64,000 nt of DNA from Selaginella moellendorffii (GCF_000143415.4 NW_003314362.1:470657-534656); one strand, 5' to 3'. Numbered from the stretch's first letter, positions 26,861 through 39,827 are shown. The notes: generated by a model not told the origin, from the letters alone. Numbers and translations: made by a program.

Positions 26861-28204
26861 ATGGGAAGCTCGCGCTTCTCTCCTGCTGCTACATTTCGAT
26901 TCGCAGCAGCAGTGGCAGCAGAGCTAGCAGCAAGCCCGCAAGGCAGTGGCACGAATCAGACTAGTAGCGAGAACACCAACAACACCAGCAGCGTTCCAGC
27001 TTCGTTCCGGCCGAGCATCGCAGTCATTGTGGGAGTTCTCACGACGATGTTCTCGCTCACTTTCCTGCTGCTCATCTACGCTAAGCACTGTAAGAGGAAT
27101 CCGGGTGGAGTCTTTGGAGGTGGTGACGAGCTCCCAATGATTTTGCCGCAAGGTCACCAGCAGCAGCAGCTCCTTTTCGGCCGGACCGACACTGGCATCG
27201 ACTCGGCAGTGGTGGAAGGGCTTCCGACCTTCTCCTTTTCGTCGCTCAAGGGGAACAAAGACGGCCTCGAGTGCGCTGTGTGTCTCTGCAAGTATGAGGA
27301 GCGCGAGATACTTCGGCTCCTTCCCAAGTGCAAGCACGCCTTTCATGTCGACTGCGTCGATACTTGGCTTGGATCTCACTCGACGTGCCCGCTGTGTAGA
27401 AGCCATGTTTCTGCCGAGGATCTCCTGGTGGTCGATGAGATGATGCTGCTCATGCTCTCCTCCAGGAGGAGATCACTAGATCAAGTTCCTCAGCAGCAGC
27501 CTTCGAGAAGTTCTTTGGATATCGACATGGGATCGGCTCACGGTACCGGCTTCCAGATCTACATCCAGAGAGAGGACAACGACGAGCCGGCCTATTCCTT
27601 GAATGCGGTGGCGGAAGAGTCCGAATCCTCTGGTTTTGTTGCGGCGAGCTCTACTCCTCGAGAACCGGCTAGATCAGATCATGGCTGTCTGCGGAGAGTG
27701 GGTCACAGGATCATTGTCTCAGACGTGTTGCTACAAAGGAGATGGAGTGATTTGGTTCCGTCGGACGTGCTTTTCCTCGGCAGCTCACAGGCACTCTTTT
27801 GTCCGAGCATAGAGCACACGAGTTTTGCTCACTCCAAGCAGCCTTCCTCGCTACTCAAGAGAGCTTTGTCGCTTGGAAGAAACGTAGACACGATGGGCAG
27901 TACTCGCTCGTCCGTGGTGTGCTCCCAGCGGTGTATGTCCGAGATGACAGGACTGGACAGGCTACACAACAGCTCGACTTTGTTCTCCAAGAAGGACATC
28001 CTTGCTTCGAGTACCCGGCATCAAGTTGACGAGCACGAGGAGGCTAGCCGAGTGATGTGGAGGTCCATTGCCAGAAGGACTCTCAACTGGCTGATGAGAA
28101 GGGAGAGCAGTAGCAGCAGGATCATCAACTCAAGCACGACTTCTTTTCCGTGGCTCGGAGGAGGGCCTTACAAGCATTCAGTGACAACAGGAGCAGCAGT
28201 ATAG
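26861..28204 (+). CDS. ATL-family RING-H2 E3 ubiquitin ligase
   Basis: Intronless 447-aa ORF with an N-terminal TM helix, a GID/GLD-like motif, and RING-H2 CAVC...CKHAFHVDC...CPLC. Confidence 0.95.
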   Translation: MGSSRFSPAATFRFAAAVAAELAASPQGSGTNQTSSENTNNTSSVPASFRPSIAVIVGVLTTMFSLTFLLLIYAKHCKRNPGGVFGGGDELPMILPQGHQQQQLLFGRTDTGIDSAVVEGLPTFSFSSLKGNKDGLECAVCLCKYEEREILRLLPKCKHAFHVDCVDTWLGSHSTCPLCRSHVSAEDLLVVDEMMLLMLSSRRRSLDQVPQQQPSRSSLDIDMGSAHGTGFQIYIQREDNDEPAYSLNAVAEESESSGFVAASSTPREPARSDHGCLRRVGHRIIVSDVLLQRRWSDLVPSDVLFLGSSQALFCPSIEHTSFAHSKQPSSLLKRALSLGRNVDTMGSTRSSVVCSQRCMSEMTGLDRLHNSSTLFSKKDILASSTRHQVDEHEEASRVMWRSIARRTLNWLMRRESSSSRIINSSTTSFPWLGGGPYKHSVTTGAAV

Positions 28205-28465
28205 CAGCGTCAGCAGCGGGGATTTAAGTGATGGACAGTGGCGAGTCACGCAAGGCACAGGAAAATTCCCAGGAGCACGTAGAATAAGAAGAAGGCAACA
28301 AGAGAGATGAGCTCAGCAGGCAGTGGAGTGGGAGAAAGTGTTTTGCTACACGTTGATGTTGAAAGAGCGAAGGCACAAATGGTTGGCACCTCCCCTCGAT
28401 GGAGAAGGTTTCGTCAACGAGCAAGATCCAACTTGTTCTACGCGAGATGACAACTTAACGTATGA

Positions 28466-31400
28466 ATGAGGCGAGCTTGGCTTCACGGGTGGAACAGGAA
28501 GAACGGGAAAGGTGGTCTTCATTCCCAGGCAGCCACAGTTCCAGCTCCAGTTAAAGACGGCTTCGATCACACTTGGTTTGAGGATTGGAAGAAGCAGAGG
28601 CTGGAAGATGCATTGCAGAGGCTGGACGAGTTTGAGAGTCTTCATAGCAACGTATACGCCTTGCTCTTGCGGAAGTGTGGTGCGGCCAAGGATTTGCATG
28701 CTGGGAGGCATGTCCATCTTCGCATCCAGGAGAGGAATCCATCCGCGGACGAGACGTTTCTGGCGAACTTGGTTGTGGAGATGTATGGGAAGTGTGCCCG
28801 TGTTACGGACGCTCTCATGGTCTTTGACGGGATCTCGGCAAAGAACGTCTTCTCGTGGACGATGATGATGGCAGCGTATTCCCAGAACGGGCATTACCGA
28901 GAAGCTCTGGAGCTTTTCACGAGGATGCAGTGGGAAGGGACGAGACCGGACAAAGTCGTGTTCGTGATTGCTCTTGACGCATGCGCAGCTTCTGGAGAGC
29001 TGGATCATGGACGACAGATTCACTCTTCGGTGGTGGGCAGCGGATTGACGAGCAACATCATTATCTCCAACTCGCTCGTCAACATGTATGGGAAATGCCA
29101 GGACGTGCCTTGTGCCGAGAAAGTTTTCGATGGGATGCTGCTGCGAGACGTGGTGTCGTGGACCGCAATGCTGGCTGTCTACGCTCAAAACGGGTGCTGG
29201 AGCCAAGCTCTCGAGTGTTTGTCGAGAATGGACGCCGAGGGAGTAAAGCCCAACCAAGTAACTTTCGTCACCATTGTGGACGTTTGTGCCAAGTTGAGGC
29301 TGCTGGACCTGGGAAGAAAAATCCACCACCGCATCATCAACGAAGGACTCGAGCCGGATGGAATTCTCGGAAATGCTTTGGTTCACATGTACGGGAGCTG
29401 TGGGAGCTTTGACGACATGAAGAGCGTGTTTAGCAGGATGGGACAGAGCAGTGTTCTTCTTTGGACGACCATGATCGCCGGCTGTTCTCAAAACGGGCAG
29501 TACGAGGAAGGATTGTTGGTCTTTCGGAAGATGGACCTCGAAGGTGTCAAGGCCAACGAGGTGACTTACATGAGCATGGTAGAAGTTTGCCGGAACTTGG
29601 ATGCTGTCAAGGAAGGGGAGATGATCGATGCCCGGATTTTGGAGAGTCCTTTCTGCTCCAGCACGCTGCTGGCGACGTCGCTCATCAGTCTGTATGGCCA
29701 GTGTGGAATTCTCGATCGAGCAAAAGGCCTGCTCGAGCACATGTACCAGCGAGACGTGGTTGCCTGGAACGCAATGGTGACGGCTTGTGCTCAAAACGGG
29801 GATAACTGGGAAGCGATTCATTTGCTGCGAAGGATGGACATGGAAGGCTTCGGTGCCAATAAGGTGACTTATCTCAGCGTCCTCGAGGCCTGTGCGAACT
29901 TGGAGGCTCTCTCACAGGGACGAGAAATCCACGCCAGAGTACTTCTGTGCGGGCTCTTGCAACGGGAGGTTGCGGTCGGGAACAGTGTGATAACCATGTA
30001 TGGAAAGTGTGGACAAACAGAGGCCGCGATGAGCGTCTTCGAGGCCATGCCTCGGAAAGACGACGTCTCCTGGAACGCTGTTATCAACGCAAGCGTAGGC
30101 AACTCAAAGTTCCAGGACGCTCTGGAACTTTTCCACGGCATGGAGCTAGAAGGCTTGAGGAGCAACGAGTTTACGCTGCTCAGCCTCTTGGAAGCTTGCG
30201 GCGGCCTGGAAGACTTAAAGCTGGCGAGACAAATTCACGCGCGAGCTGCTGCTGGAGGCTTCGGTGGTAACAGCACTGCCGTTGGGAACAGCGTTGTCAA
30301 CATGTACGCTCGCTGTGGAAGCTTGCTCGACGCGAAGAAGGCCTTCGATTCTCTGGAGGAAAAAGGCCTCGTGGCGTGGAGCATAATACTGGCGGCCTAC
30401 GCTCAAAGCAAAGATGGACCCGGCAGGAGAGCCTTTAAGTTCTTTCAAGAGATGGAGGCCGAAGGAATCAAGCCGGGAGAGGTGACTTTCGTGAGTGCTC
30501 TCGACGCCTGCGCGGCCATGGCGACTCTGGAGCACGGAAGATCCATGCACAGGCGAGCAGCAGCCAGTGGCTTCGTGGAGACGAGTCTCGTTCTCGGCAA
30601 CACCATCATCAACATGTATGGAAAGTGCGGCAGCCCGAGCGACGCAAAGCTGGTCTTCGATCAAATGCCGGAGAAGTGCCTCATCTCGTGGAACTCGCTC
30701 ATCGTCGCCTACGCTCACAACGGTCACGCGCTGGAAGCTCTTTCCTCGCTCCAGGAGATGCTACTCCAAGGCTTCGATCCCGACAGTGGCACCTCTGTCA
30801 GCATTCTCTACGGGCTCAGCCACGCCGGTTTGCTCGAGCGAGGAGTGGAGCACTTCCGGTCGAGCATCCAGGACCACGGCTTGGAGCCGAGCTCCGGCCA
30901 ACTTAAGTGCCTCGTCGACTTGCTGGCTCGCAAAGGCTTTCTCGACGCGGCGGAGGAGCTCATCCTCGCCTCGCCGGCGTGCCAGGCCGATACCATCGCC
31001 TGGATGACGCTCCTGGCGGCGTGCAAGAGCTATGGCGATCCGCAGCGCGGGATCCGGTGTGCCGAGCGTGTTTTCGAGCTGGAGCCACAGCACTCGGGAT
31101 CGTTCGTGGTGCTGGCCAACTTGTACGCATCGGTTGGAAGATGGAGCGATGCGTCCAGGATCCGGAAGATGATGGAGCGGATGAGCGTGAAGAAGGAGCC
31201 CGGGTGTAGCTGGATCGAGCTCAGCGGCAGCGTCCACGAGTTCATCAGTGGCGAATCCAAGCATCCAAAGATCAGGGAGATTTGCGAGGATCTGGAGAAG
31301 CTCACGCTCCGGATGAGGGAGGCGGGGTATGTTCCCGACACGACAAACGTTGTTCACGACGTGGAGGAGGGCGACAAGGAGGAGATACTGTCCCGGCACA

Positions 31401-31606
31401 GCGAGAGGCTGGCCATTGTGTTTGGTCTCATGTCCACCCGGCCGGGAGAAACAATCCGGGTGGTGAAGAACTTGCGGGTCTGCTCCGACTGTCACGCTGC
31501 GACTAAGATCATCTCCAGTGTCGTTGGACGAGAGATTGTGGTGAGAGACAGCAGCCGCTTCCACCATTTCAAGCACGGGCAATGCTCGTGTGGAGATTTC
31601 TGGTGA
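28466..31606 (+). CDS. PLS-class PPR protein with E and DYW deaminase domains (organellar C-to-U editing factor)
   Basis: Intronless 1046-aa ORF with PPR repeats, PG box KKEPGCSWI, HSERLA...CSDCH, and C-terminal CSCGDFW. Confidence 0.97.
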   Translation: MRRAWLHGWNRKNGKGGLHSQAATVPAPVKDGFDHTWFEDWKKQRLEDALQRLDEFESLHSNVYALLLRKCGAAKDLHAGRHVHLRIQERNPSADETFLANLVVEMYGKCARVTDALMVFDGISAKNVFSWTMMMAAYSQNGHYREALELFTRMQWEGTRPDKVVFVIALDACAASGELDHGRQIHSSVVGSGLTSNIIISNSLVNMYGKCQDVPCAEKVFDGMLLRDVVSWTAMLAVYAQNGCWSQALECLSRMDAEGVKPNQVTFVTIVDVCAKLRLLDLGRKIHHRIINEGLEPDGILGNALVHMYGSCGSFDDMKSVFSRMGQSSVLLWTTMIAGCSQNGQYEEGLLVFRKMDLEGVKANEVTYMSMVEVCRNLDAVKEGEMIDARILESPFCSSTLLATSLISLYGQCGILDRAKGLLEHMYQRDVVAWNAMVTACAQNGDNWEAIHLLRRMDMEGFGANKVTYLSVLEACANLEALSQGREIHARVLLCGLLQREVAVGNSVITMYGKCGQTEAAMSVFEAMPRKDDVSWNAVINASVGNSKFQDALELFHGMELEGLRSNEFTLLSLLEACGGLEDLKLARQIHARAAAGGFGGNSTAVGNSVVNMYARCGSLLDAKKAFDSLEEKGLVAWSIILAAYAQSKDGPGRRAFKFFQEMEAEGIKPGEVTFVSALDACAAMATLEHGRSMHRRAAASGFVETSLVLGNTIINMYGKCGSPSDAKLVFDQMPEKCLISWNSLIVAYAHNGHALEALSSLQEMLLQGFDPDSGTSVSILYGLSHAGLLERGVEHFRSSIQDHGLEPSSGQLKCLVDLLARKGFLDAAEELILASPACQADTIAWMTLLAACKSYGDPQRGIRCAERVFELEPQHSGSFVVLANLYASVGRWSDASRIRKMMERMSVKKEPGCSWIELSGSVHEFISGESKHPKIREICEDLEKLTLRMREAGYVPDTTNVVHDVEEGDKEEILSRHSERLAIVFGLMSTRPGETIRVVKNLRVCSDCHAATKIISSVVGREIVVRDSSRFHHFKHGQCSCGDFW

Positions 31607-31767
31607 CACGAAAGCCAGCGTATCTGTAAAAATCACGTCATGCTACTTTAGCAAGAACTACATTTAGTTCCAGTGGCAGAGGGAGTAGTTAACATGTTAC
31701 TTTAGCAAGAACTGCATTTATATTCAAGTCAACGTCGTGGACTAAAGAAGTTGACTAACAGCTTGTA

Positions 31768-34030
31768 TCAGCCTTGTAGGTGAGAAAACTTCATGTAATC
31801 AGCGAAAGAGATGTCTCGATAAAGAGGTGGGCGATCTTCGCCGAGGAGCTGTTTTGTGGGGGACATGATGGCAGGAAACTCGGGTCCATGAAACAGCACC
31901 ACATAGAGCCGGTCCTTCTTTGTGTTAACGATAACTTCTGTGATCAACACTCTTGTAGATTCCATTGCTAAAGCTCTGTTTGACGAAAAAGTTCTCAAAA
32001 GCTTTACCTGAACAACATCTCCTTGATCATGAGAGCTCCCAGAAGAATCGTCGAGACGGGCAGCCACTTACCATCCTTGCAGATATGCAGGCTAGGACGT
32101 CCGCGTCTTCGATCACGACAGTGATGATGGTTGCGTCCGAGTGAGAGCTCAGGCCGAGAACTTCGTCCGGCTGGGGACAAGGCGGATAGTAGTTCACTCG
32201 CATCAGTGACGCATACTGCCCGCCCAGCTTCTGGATGTAATCCTCCGGCAGGCCGAGGCTTGCAGAGATTGCTGCTACCAGACTGATGATGACAAGCTTT
32301 ATCTGCTTGCTGTGACCTCTCTGCAAGGAACTCGTCATTCGAGAGAAAAGAAAGAATACAAAGTTGAATCATTCATCTGCCTTACATCTACGCTTGAACG
32401 AGGCCATCGATCACTTACTCGAAGTAAGCGCGAAGCTCACGATCAAATTTGAAGCACTGCATCTGGAAAACCATTAGGTTCGTGGAGCTAGTTTGAGAAG
32501 CCGGCTTACCAGTATTACGTCCAGCCCTTCACCACCGTAGAGAGAAAAGTTCACTGTGGCGAGGAACGTCATTGGCTCGACCATTTTCCCGAAATCTATT
32601 CGTGCCGCTCGGACCAAGATTGCGGTGTAACTTCGTCCGGGACGGTGGAGGCTACGGCATTTCTTCTGTAGAAAAAACTTCGTTAAATTGACTGATTGAT
32701 TGATAAAAAGTAGCAGCAGTGCTTGGAAAGCTAACCTTCACTCGGAGCTTTGAAACGCTAGTTTGTGGGAGGCTTTTCTTTACGAGATGCATGGCACCTT
32801 CAGCGTCCCAGAGCATCTCCCACTCTGCGTCTTCGTGGCTTTGACACCTTCTGTGGCTGCCTTGAGTCCGTCGTAGGCAAATATCACGAACACCTGTGAA
32901 GCAACAAAGTTAACATGTAATGGAGAAGAAGAAATGCTTTCATACCATGCATAGTTGAAATCTTGAGCCGGAAGGACACAAAGCCTACCCTTCGGGAGTG
33001 GCATGAACAGTCTAGCGTCATGACCCAAGAACACCATAGAAGAACACAGGTTTCTTTGCAAAAATAAAATACATGAGCAGACACTGTGGAAGAACAACGT
33101 ACGTTACCCTTCCGGGTGATCAGTTCGTCCTAAGTCTGTATGAAAAGACCTTAGCAATTACCTGAGAAAAGCTTACTTGACGCATCCGCAGGGTCTGTTG
33201 TCTGGTCTAAACTATGCTATATGTCTTCAGAAAAGCACGGCCTGTGAAATAGAAAACACCAGAATAAAAAATCACATTGCTTACCCGAGTTTGCAACAAA
33301 GGTCCAAGAAGCATTTGTGTAGGGAGCCTGTGAACAAGAGAATTTGGACTGTAAGAACTCAAAGAGAAAACTGGCTTAAACGCGTACCATAGGAGCTTGC
33401 GAGTTCACAAACACGAAGTCCAAGATATCAATGCTGTGAACGCATCAGTTTCACCGGATTTCGTCAGGCTATCTGCGAAGAAGTCCATAGTTGCAAGCCA
33501 AAGAAAAAACAAACAGAGAAATTCCAATCCTCTACTGAAGGAGAATCTCCTCCACGAATGACGTCTTCGATCGCGATGTAATCGTCGGGCAAGCCGAGAC
33601 TTGCAGAGGTTGCTGCGAATCTGCTCTCCTGTCACCTCTCTGCAAAGAATGATAAAAACTCGCCAATGGAGAGAAAAGAAAGAAAAGAATAGAAACGAAC
33701 ACAAAGTTGGAAAGTTCTGAAGGCCATGTCTCAACTTTTCTTGAACGGCCCTTCAGAGTCATATCGAGAATGTCCAGGACCGAATGAGAGGACGTGCCGT
33801 AGCGTCTGTATCCCATGAGAGCACCGGTGGTCTAAAATGGCAGAATGCCATCTGAAGACGCCGTGGTTGATTGCCTGAAAGTAGAAAATATGAGAGAGGA
33901 AAAATGTTTTTAAACAGCGAGCTCCTGGAAAAATCCCCAGTCTTTGCAAGCTTTTCCAGGCCGAGTTTCAACTTCTCTCCGAAAAACTCTACATACCAAG
34001 AACGGAAATGCTCTCGTCAGATTCATTCTG
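31768..34030 (-). pseudogene. 2-oxoglutarate/Fe(II) dioxygenase remnants (two partial copies plus unassigned exons)
   Basis: ACKDWGFFQ/AINHGV (about 33860-33950), NYYPPCPQPDEVLGLSSHSD (about 32130-32190), and HRVIVN...RPPLYR. A frameshift follows EDADVL. Confidence 0.7.
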
Positions 34031-34482
34031 GACGGCCTTTTCAATCTCTTGCAAGAAACTAGCTGGGATTTCTTTCATCTCGGCAATCTGCTGCACTACT
34101 TCGCTGCTATAATATTTTGCTGCAGTAAAGTCTGTTATGTCATTCTGAAAGATCAATCAAGTTTATGTACCATGCACATTGTCTCTTCGAATATCGCAGC
34201 CACCCGAAATGCCAAGATTCTCAGGCAAGGTACCTGGAACAAACAAGACAATGCACTGGAACACGTTGCAACCGTTGACAACGAAAGAGAGATTGTTGAT
34301 CCAGAAGTCATAATTCCAATTAAGATTTAGAACCTCAAGGGACGTCCATGTTCTTTAGGACCTCCATACATTGCCCTCGTGTAGCAGAAGAATAGGGGCG
34401 TGTCGAGGTTTTGCTAAGAAAGAAAACAATACCAAGGTCAGCTGTTACCATGAAGAATGTGTGTACCTTGGCAGTTTCTCGA

Positions 34483-35768
34483 TCATGGCTTCTTGTGGTA
34501 CTTTGCGGGGACGAAAGGCATCTTGGTGATAACTCCCGCGTTCTTCTTGTCTCGAACAGCCACCGAGATAGGCGTGCCTTCCTTGTGATTCCCAGTCGAC
34601 ACATACCCCATTGCAATGTTCTTCTTGAGGCAGGGACTAAAGCCACCGCTCGTCACCTCGCCAATCACCTCGTCACTTGCGTTGTAGATCGGGCAGTGAG
34701 CGCGAGCTGGAGCTCCTTCGGATATCATTCCCACTCTCTTCCTGGAAACGCCTTCCTTGAGCTGCTTGAGTATCACGTCGGCCCCTAGAAAGCCACCTTC
34801 GGCACGTCTTCTCTTTCCAATCGTCCAGGCGACTCCAGCTTCCACAACCGACGTGTTGTCGTCCATATCATGTCCATAAAGGCACAAGCCGGCTTCCAGT
34901 CTCAAGCTGTCCCTTGCTCCTAAACCCGTGAGAAGGATCTTCCCCTCAGACTTCTCCAGAAGTGCCTTGGCCAGCTCCAGAGCATGCTCCGACGGAACAG
35001 AGATCTCAAACCCATCCTCTCCAGTGTACCTACAAAGACAAGTGTTGCTCTTAGAAGAACAAGAAGAAGAGGAAAAGAAACTTACCCGGTTCTAGTGATG
35101 AAGCATTCGGCACCATTGACAGAGAGGATCCTGAAGTTTCCAAAGTAGACTTTGCTCAAATCCTCCTTCACCAGATGCTGGAGTGTAGACGCAGCCAGCG
35201 GGCCTTGCAAAGCGAGCAGAGAGCGCTCGTCGTGAACGTGGGAGCTCACGTCCTTGCCTTTGGACTTGTACGCTTCCAGGTGCTTGCCAATGTGAGCCAG
35301 ATCCTTGTCTCGGCAACCCGCATTTACCACCAGGTAGACGTGACCATCCTTCACTTTGGTTATCACGGTGTCGTCGATGGTCCCTCCCTTCTCGTTGGTG
35401 AACGCCGAGAGACTACACGAGCCGTCTGACAGACCCGCGATATCACCCACGACCAGCGTCTCGAGGAAAGGAATCGCGTCCTTGCCTTTGAGGGTGAGGC
35501 CACACATATGAGACACGTCGAAAAGGCTACCATTCTGGCGACAATTGAGCGTCGAGTTGAGGATGGTGTCCTTGTACAGCAGCGGCATGCTCCATCCAGC
35601 AAAAGGCACCATCTTTGCCCCGTTCTCCACGTGAAAATCATACAGCACCGTCTTCTTTAGCGGAGGAGACTCACTGGCAAGAGGCGCTGCGCTTGCAAAC
35701 CCACGACGAATCTGTCCTCCCGCATTGCTCACCAGTCGACCCAACTTCTCCGCTACTAGCTTCCTCAT
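34483..35768 (-). CDS. GLDT: Glycine cleavage system T protein (aminomethyltransferase), mitochondrial; intron 35030-35085
   Basis: [10 protein letters not shown]...[20 protein letters not shown]|[20 protein letters not shown]-terminal KMPFVP; GT-AG intron of 56 bp. Confidence 0.97.
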
Positions 35769-35928
35769 CCTCTTTCTCCTGCCTCCAAAAAATCCCTAGC
35801 CCGAGTTTCTAAACCTCTGTTCCTGCTACTAATAAACTAAAGTCGTCCCTGCTATAGCTTCCACCACTCAATCACGAGGTCCACATATCGCGAGACCCAT
35901 CCACGAGCCAGCCCCCATCTTTATCAGC

Positions 35929-38900
35929 TTATAAGACCCTTTCCAAGGCTTGATAGGACCAGTTTACCACCCTGTTTGCTGCTGTCTTGTCGACGGTAAT
36001 GCCATTTTCTTCGACTGCTCGCATGGCCTCCGCTTGAGTGGCTTGGAATTTTGATGCGGCTTGCTGGAGTTTGCACGACAAGTTTTCACGCTTTACGAAG
36101 ACAAGGATTTGTAGCAGAGGCCTGAGCTCGTCTGCCAGCGGCGGACTTATAGCCATGTTCTTAAGGTGCTCCACTAGAGCAAGCTCTTCTCCAGGACTTA
36201 AAAACAAGAGGTAGGTTAGAATCGAAACGAAGTAGCATAAGTTCCTTACCTCCCTGCTCGAACTTTGCCTTGGCGTCTGGCTCGGGTTCTTCCTGTCGCT
36301 GCTGTTCTTGCAGTCCTGACACAACCTCAAAGTTAAGATGGCAAAAACAAGTAAAAAAGATCAGCAAACGTACCCGCGTGTATAAACACTCATCCCACTC
36401 AAGTTGCTACTAGCCTCTGATGTGGTCTCGTCGTCGAAACGGTCTTCTCCTTGATCCGATTTTATCTTCGCTTCCAGCAGTACCCTGCGCTGATGTACCG
36501 CAACAAAGCGAGCACAATACTTCCCGACTTTCTCGACGCCCTCCTGGAACTGACCAACCAATCCATTTGCGCACTCCACAGCAGCTGGCTGTACTATAGT
36601 ATCTACGATATCGGGCTGAGCATGAAGGTAGCACAGCCGAAGGACTTCCATCCAGTCTCTTGCCTCGATCAAAAGGCCGACAGCATCCTTGACGTCCTTA
36701 CAGTAATCCAGAGCTACTCTCGCAGCTTCTTTTGGCCGTCCCATTGCTTGGAGTTCTTCTCGGAGCTCCAGTGCAAGGTTGGTGATCTCGTCGGGTGTCA
36801 TGCTCAACTGGCCAGCAACCATGAGCACACCCTGCCAGTGACCGCCAGCACGGTACGCAGCTAAAGCCTTGTGGAGCTGCGAGCAGGACCTGAAAGTGAT
36901 AGCTGCATCCTCAAACCTTTCCTGAGAAAGGAAGTATCCTCCCCAAGCCTCCATAATAGACGACCTTTGGCTCTCGCCTGTAAAGATGGAGAGTGCGAGC
37001 GAGAAGAGCTCCGGATGACTTTGGACGTGATCGAGTGCCTCGTTGAAATACGTCTCCCCGGCGCTCGAAAGATGTCGCAGTGCACTTGCATATCGTTTTA
37101 GCTTGCAGTCGATCTTGTAGCACATTATGGAGGGTGGCATGTCTTCTAGCTCCTGAAGGAAAGGAAGGAACTCTTTAGGATCTCGCTGGGAGTGAGACGC
37201 CACCATTGCAGCTAGATGCAAGTCGTAAAGTCCCAGCGCCGCATCAAACACCGCGTCGGCGTCTGCGAGCCATATCAGGTGCTTTAGAGCGCTCTCCGCC
37301 ACAAGTTTTCCCTGTGACTCAATTGCTTCCAGAGCCTCCTCATCATCTGAAGTTCCGAGACCAAGCTCTCCTTCACGTAGTAGCTTGATGCGTTTCAACG
37401 CCTCTTCGAGCAAAGGCGGATCGTTTCGAGCAAGAATAGCCAGCAGGCACATCTCTCGAGATGGACTATCTGTTACGTGATTTTCGACAGCACTTCTCAG
37501 CGCTTCTAATACCACTTGCATCTTGTTGGATGAAACCGCCGGGACCATCCTGTTCTCCGGATTCAGCGTAGACAATGTCTTCTTGTACGTCGTTTCCAAA
37601 ACGTTCTCGTTTCTCAGGCAGCTAACCAGCTCCGTGACAAGGCTAAGTTTGCCGACTTGCTTGACAAAGTCCGGGGCCAAACAGGAAAACTCCTTCTCAC
37701 CAAGGAAGTCCACGATGACGTTTAGATCAATCCTGTGCCGCCGTGCGCAGGTGATAGCTTCTGCAAAGTCTTTCTCAGCTAGTGCCGCTTCGACAGCGTG
37801 AAGTATCAATCCCCGTGGATAAATGGTCTCGAGATTCCCACGGCTGGGTTGCATGATGACCGCAACGTCGCTGCCACCTAGAGTAGCAACTATCCTGGCT
37901 CCCCTCTCCCAAACACGCTGAATGTTGAAATCCTTTGGCGCTGGTTGCCGTTTACCGCTACCAACGTCTAGTACTTCCGGAGGAGAAGACGTGAAGTTGC
38001 TGCTACCGAGAGGGATAATGTGGAGCAAGTCTTGCCTTGTTTTATAAACCAAGTGAACGACGCTTGGCCTCGCTTTTGTGGATGTGATGTGGAGTGCAAA
38101 CCCGGTGCAGTCGCTGCTGATGATGGAATTACGAAAATGGAGCTGGCCGCGTTCGTCAAGGCCGACAAACTGCACCTGTCCCTTATCTTCAAAAGCTTGC
38201 ATCCACGGACATGCAACTGGAAACTTTCCAACCGGAGTAAGCTCTCCAGCGCAATGGTTCAGGATCGATCCGTCATTTAGCTGTAGAAAAGCCTGCGAGC
38301 TCTCTGTAAGGGGACTTCTCGCCGCTGCTATGAGCGGCTTGTCCAAATAGACTAGAGAAAGAGAACGCGAAGTCCATCCTTCTCCAGAATCTGTAGCCTC
38401 GAACTCAGTAAACTGTACCGAACCGTGACCGCTCGAGCTGTCTAGGAGTCCACAAAACCTGTTCACTCCCGTAGAAATCAGGTTCCTTACACCACCATCG
38501 AAGTTCTGCAATATGGATCCCACAACTTCAACGTCTTCCAGGTCGTTCCAGCCGTCACTAGTTGCAAGAACAGCAAGGCCAAAAGTCTGGTCTGATAAAC
38601 TGGCTGCAACGGTGGTAAAACCAGAAGACCCGCTCGTAAGTGCCACAGTATTCACAGGTGCAGGAAATCGTACCTTGGAGAAGCACAAAGGTGGCGGAGT
38701 TATACAGACAGCCAGTGGTGTGACCAAAACACTCGGGCCATCAATAACCAGCGCCACCGAAGACTCCAGCACAGCTGACTTCCAACCCAAAGTGGTAGCT
38801 TTGACGTTGCCCAAGGCAGTCCAAACCATGGCACTGAGAGGCTTCTCTGGGTGCCAAACTGTGCTCACGGTCTCTTTGGACGTGTAGCGCCATTCCTGTT

Positions 38901-39827
38901 TCAAGTACCAGTGATAGTTGCTGCAGTACCAGAACTGGATCGTGTCCCAGCCATCACACCTGACAACCATCTTCATGACTTCTCCGCTGGAATCCCACTG
39001 CAGACTTTCTACACGAGCACCGGCAGGAGCAGTAGCCTGGAAATAATCTTTTTTCAGACCATTCCGCTCGAAGATCGTCACACTGGGAGCCTGGTCTGCC
39101 TTGGAAGTGCTGGCAGCAATTCGAGCACCACCCGGACTCCAGCAGATGCTCGAGCGATGCGTCGATGGCAATGCTTCACAGCTCGAATGGAGTTTGCCCG
39201 TTTCTCTTTCCCAGATCTTCACGACACTGCTGCTTTCTTGAGCATTGTATTCGCTTGTAGCAAAGTACTTCCCGTCAGCCCGCCACGAGAGTTCCACAGC
39301 GCTACTGGAAAATTCCTGGCGATCGTTGTTTTTGATCGAAAACTCGTGGACAGTGTCCCAGTTTGCTGGAGTCATGAGTAAGATCTGCCCGAGTCCTGAT
39401 ACTATAGCTAACAGTTCCCCATCTGGACTAGCAGCGAGACTAAGAATCCCTCCCTGGAGCGAGCCAATAACTTCTATGGCGCTGCTAGACCGTGGCTCAA
39501 CCAGTACCAGATCACCGCTCTCCATGCCAATGACCAGCGCTTCCAGCTCCAGCAGGAATTCCATCCCGACCACGCCAGCGTCGAACTCGATGGCACTCCC
39601 CAGGGACAGCGAATGCCGCGAGAGCTGATCAAAAACGAAGAAGACGATCCACGATTGGCAAAATATTTCGGATTGAATCGACATACCTCCTCTTCCCAGT
39701 GGAGATTGCCGCCATTCGAGAGAAAGAAGGCGCGATCGTGCCCGCTGTCGATTGCCGCCGCGACGATCCTCTCATCCCCGAGCTCCAGCCGCGAATGCCT
39801 CTCTCGCAAAACCTCCAAGTTCTTCAT
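35929..39827 (-). CDS. ELP1: Elongator complex protein 1 (IKI3 family), multi-exon
   Basis: MKNL start, SWRADGKYFA, NYHWYLKQE, RGNLETIYPR, SQRDPKEFLPFL and the TPR-like C-terminus; short GT-AG introns. Confidence 0.96.

Noticed and set aside
28346-29821. 491-aa antisense ORF
   Set aside because: Shadow of the GC-rich PPR-DYW gene; no independent motifs.
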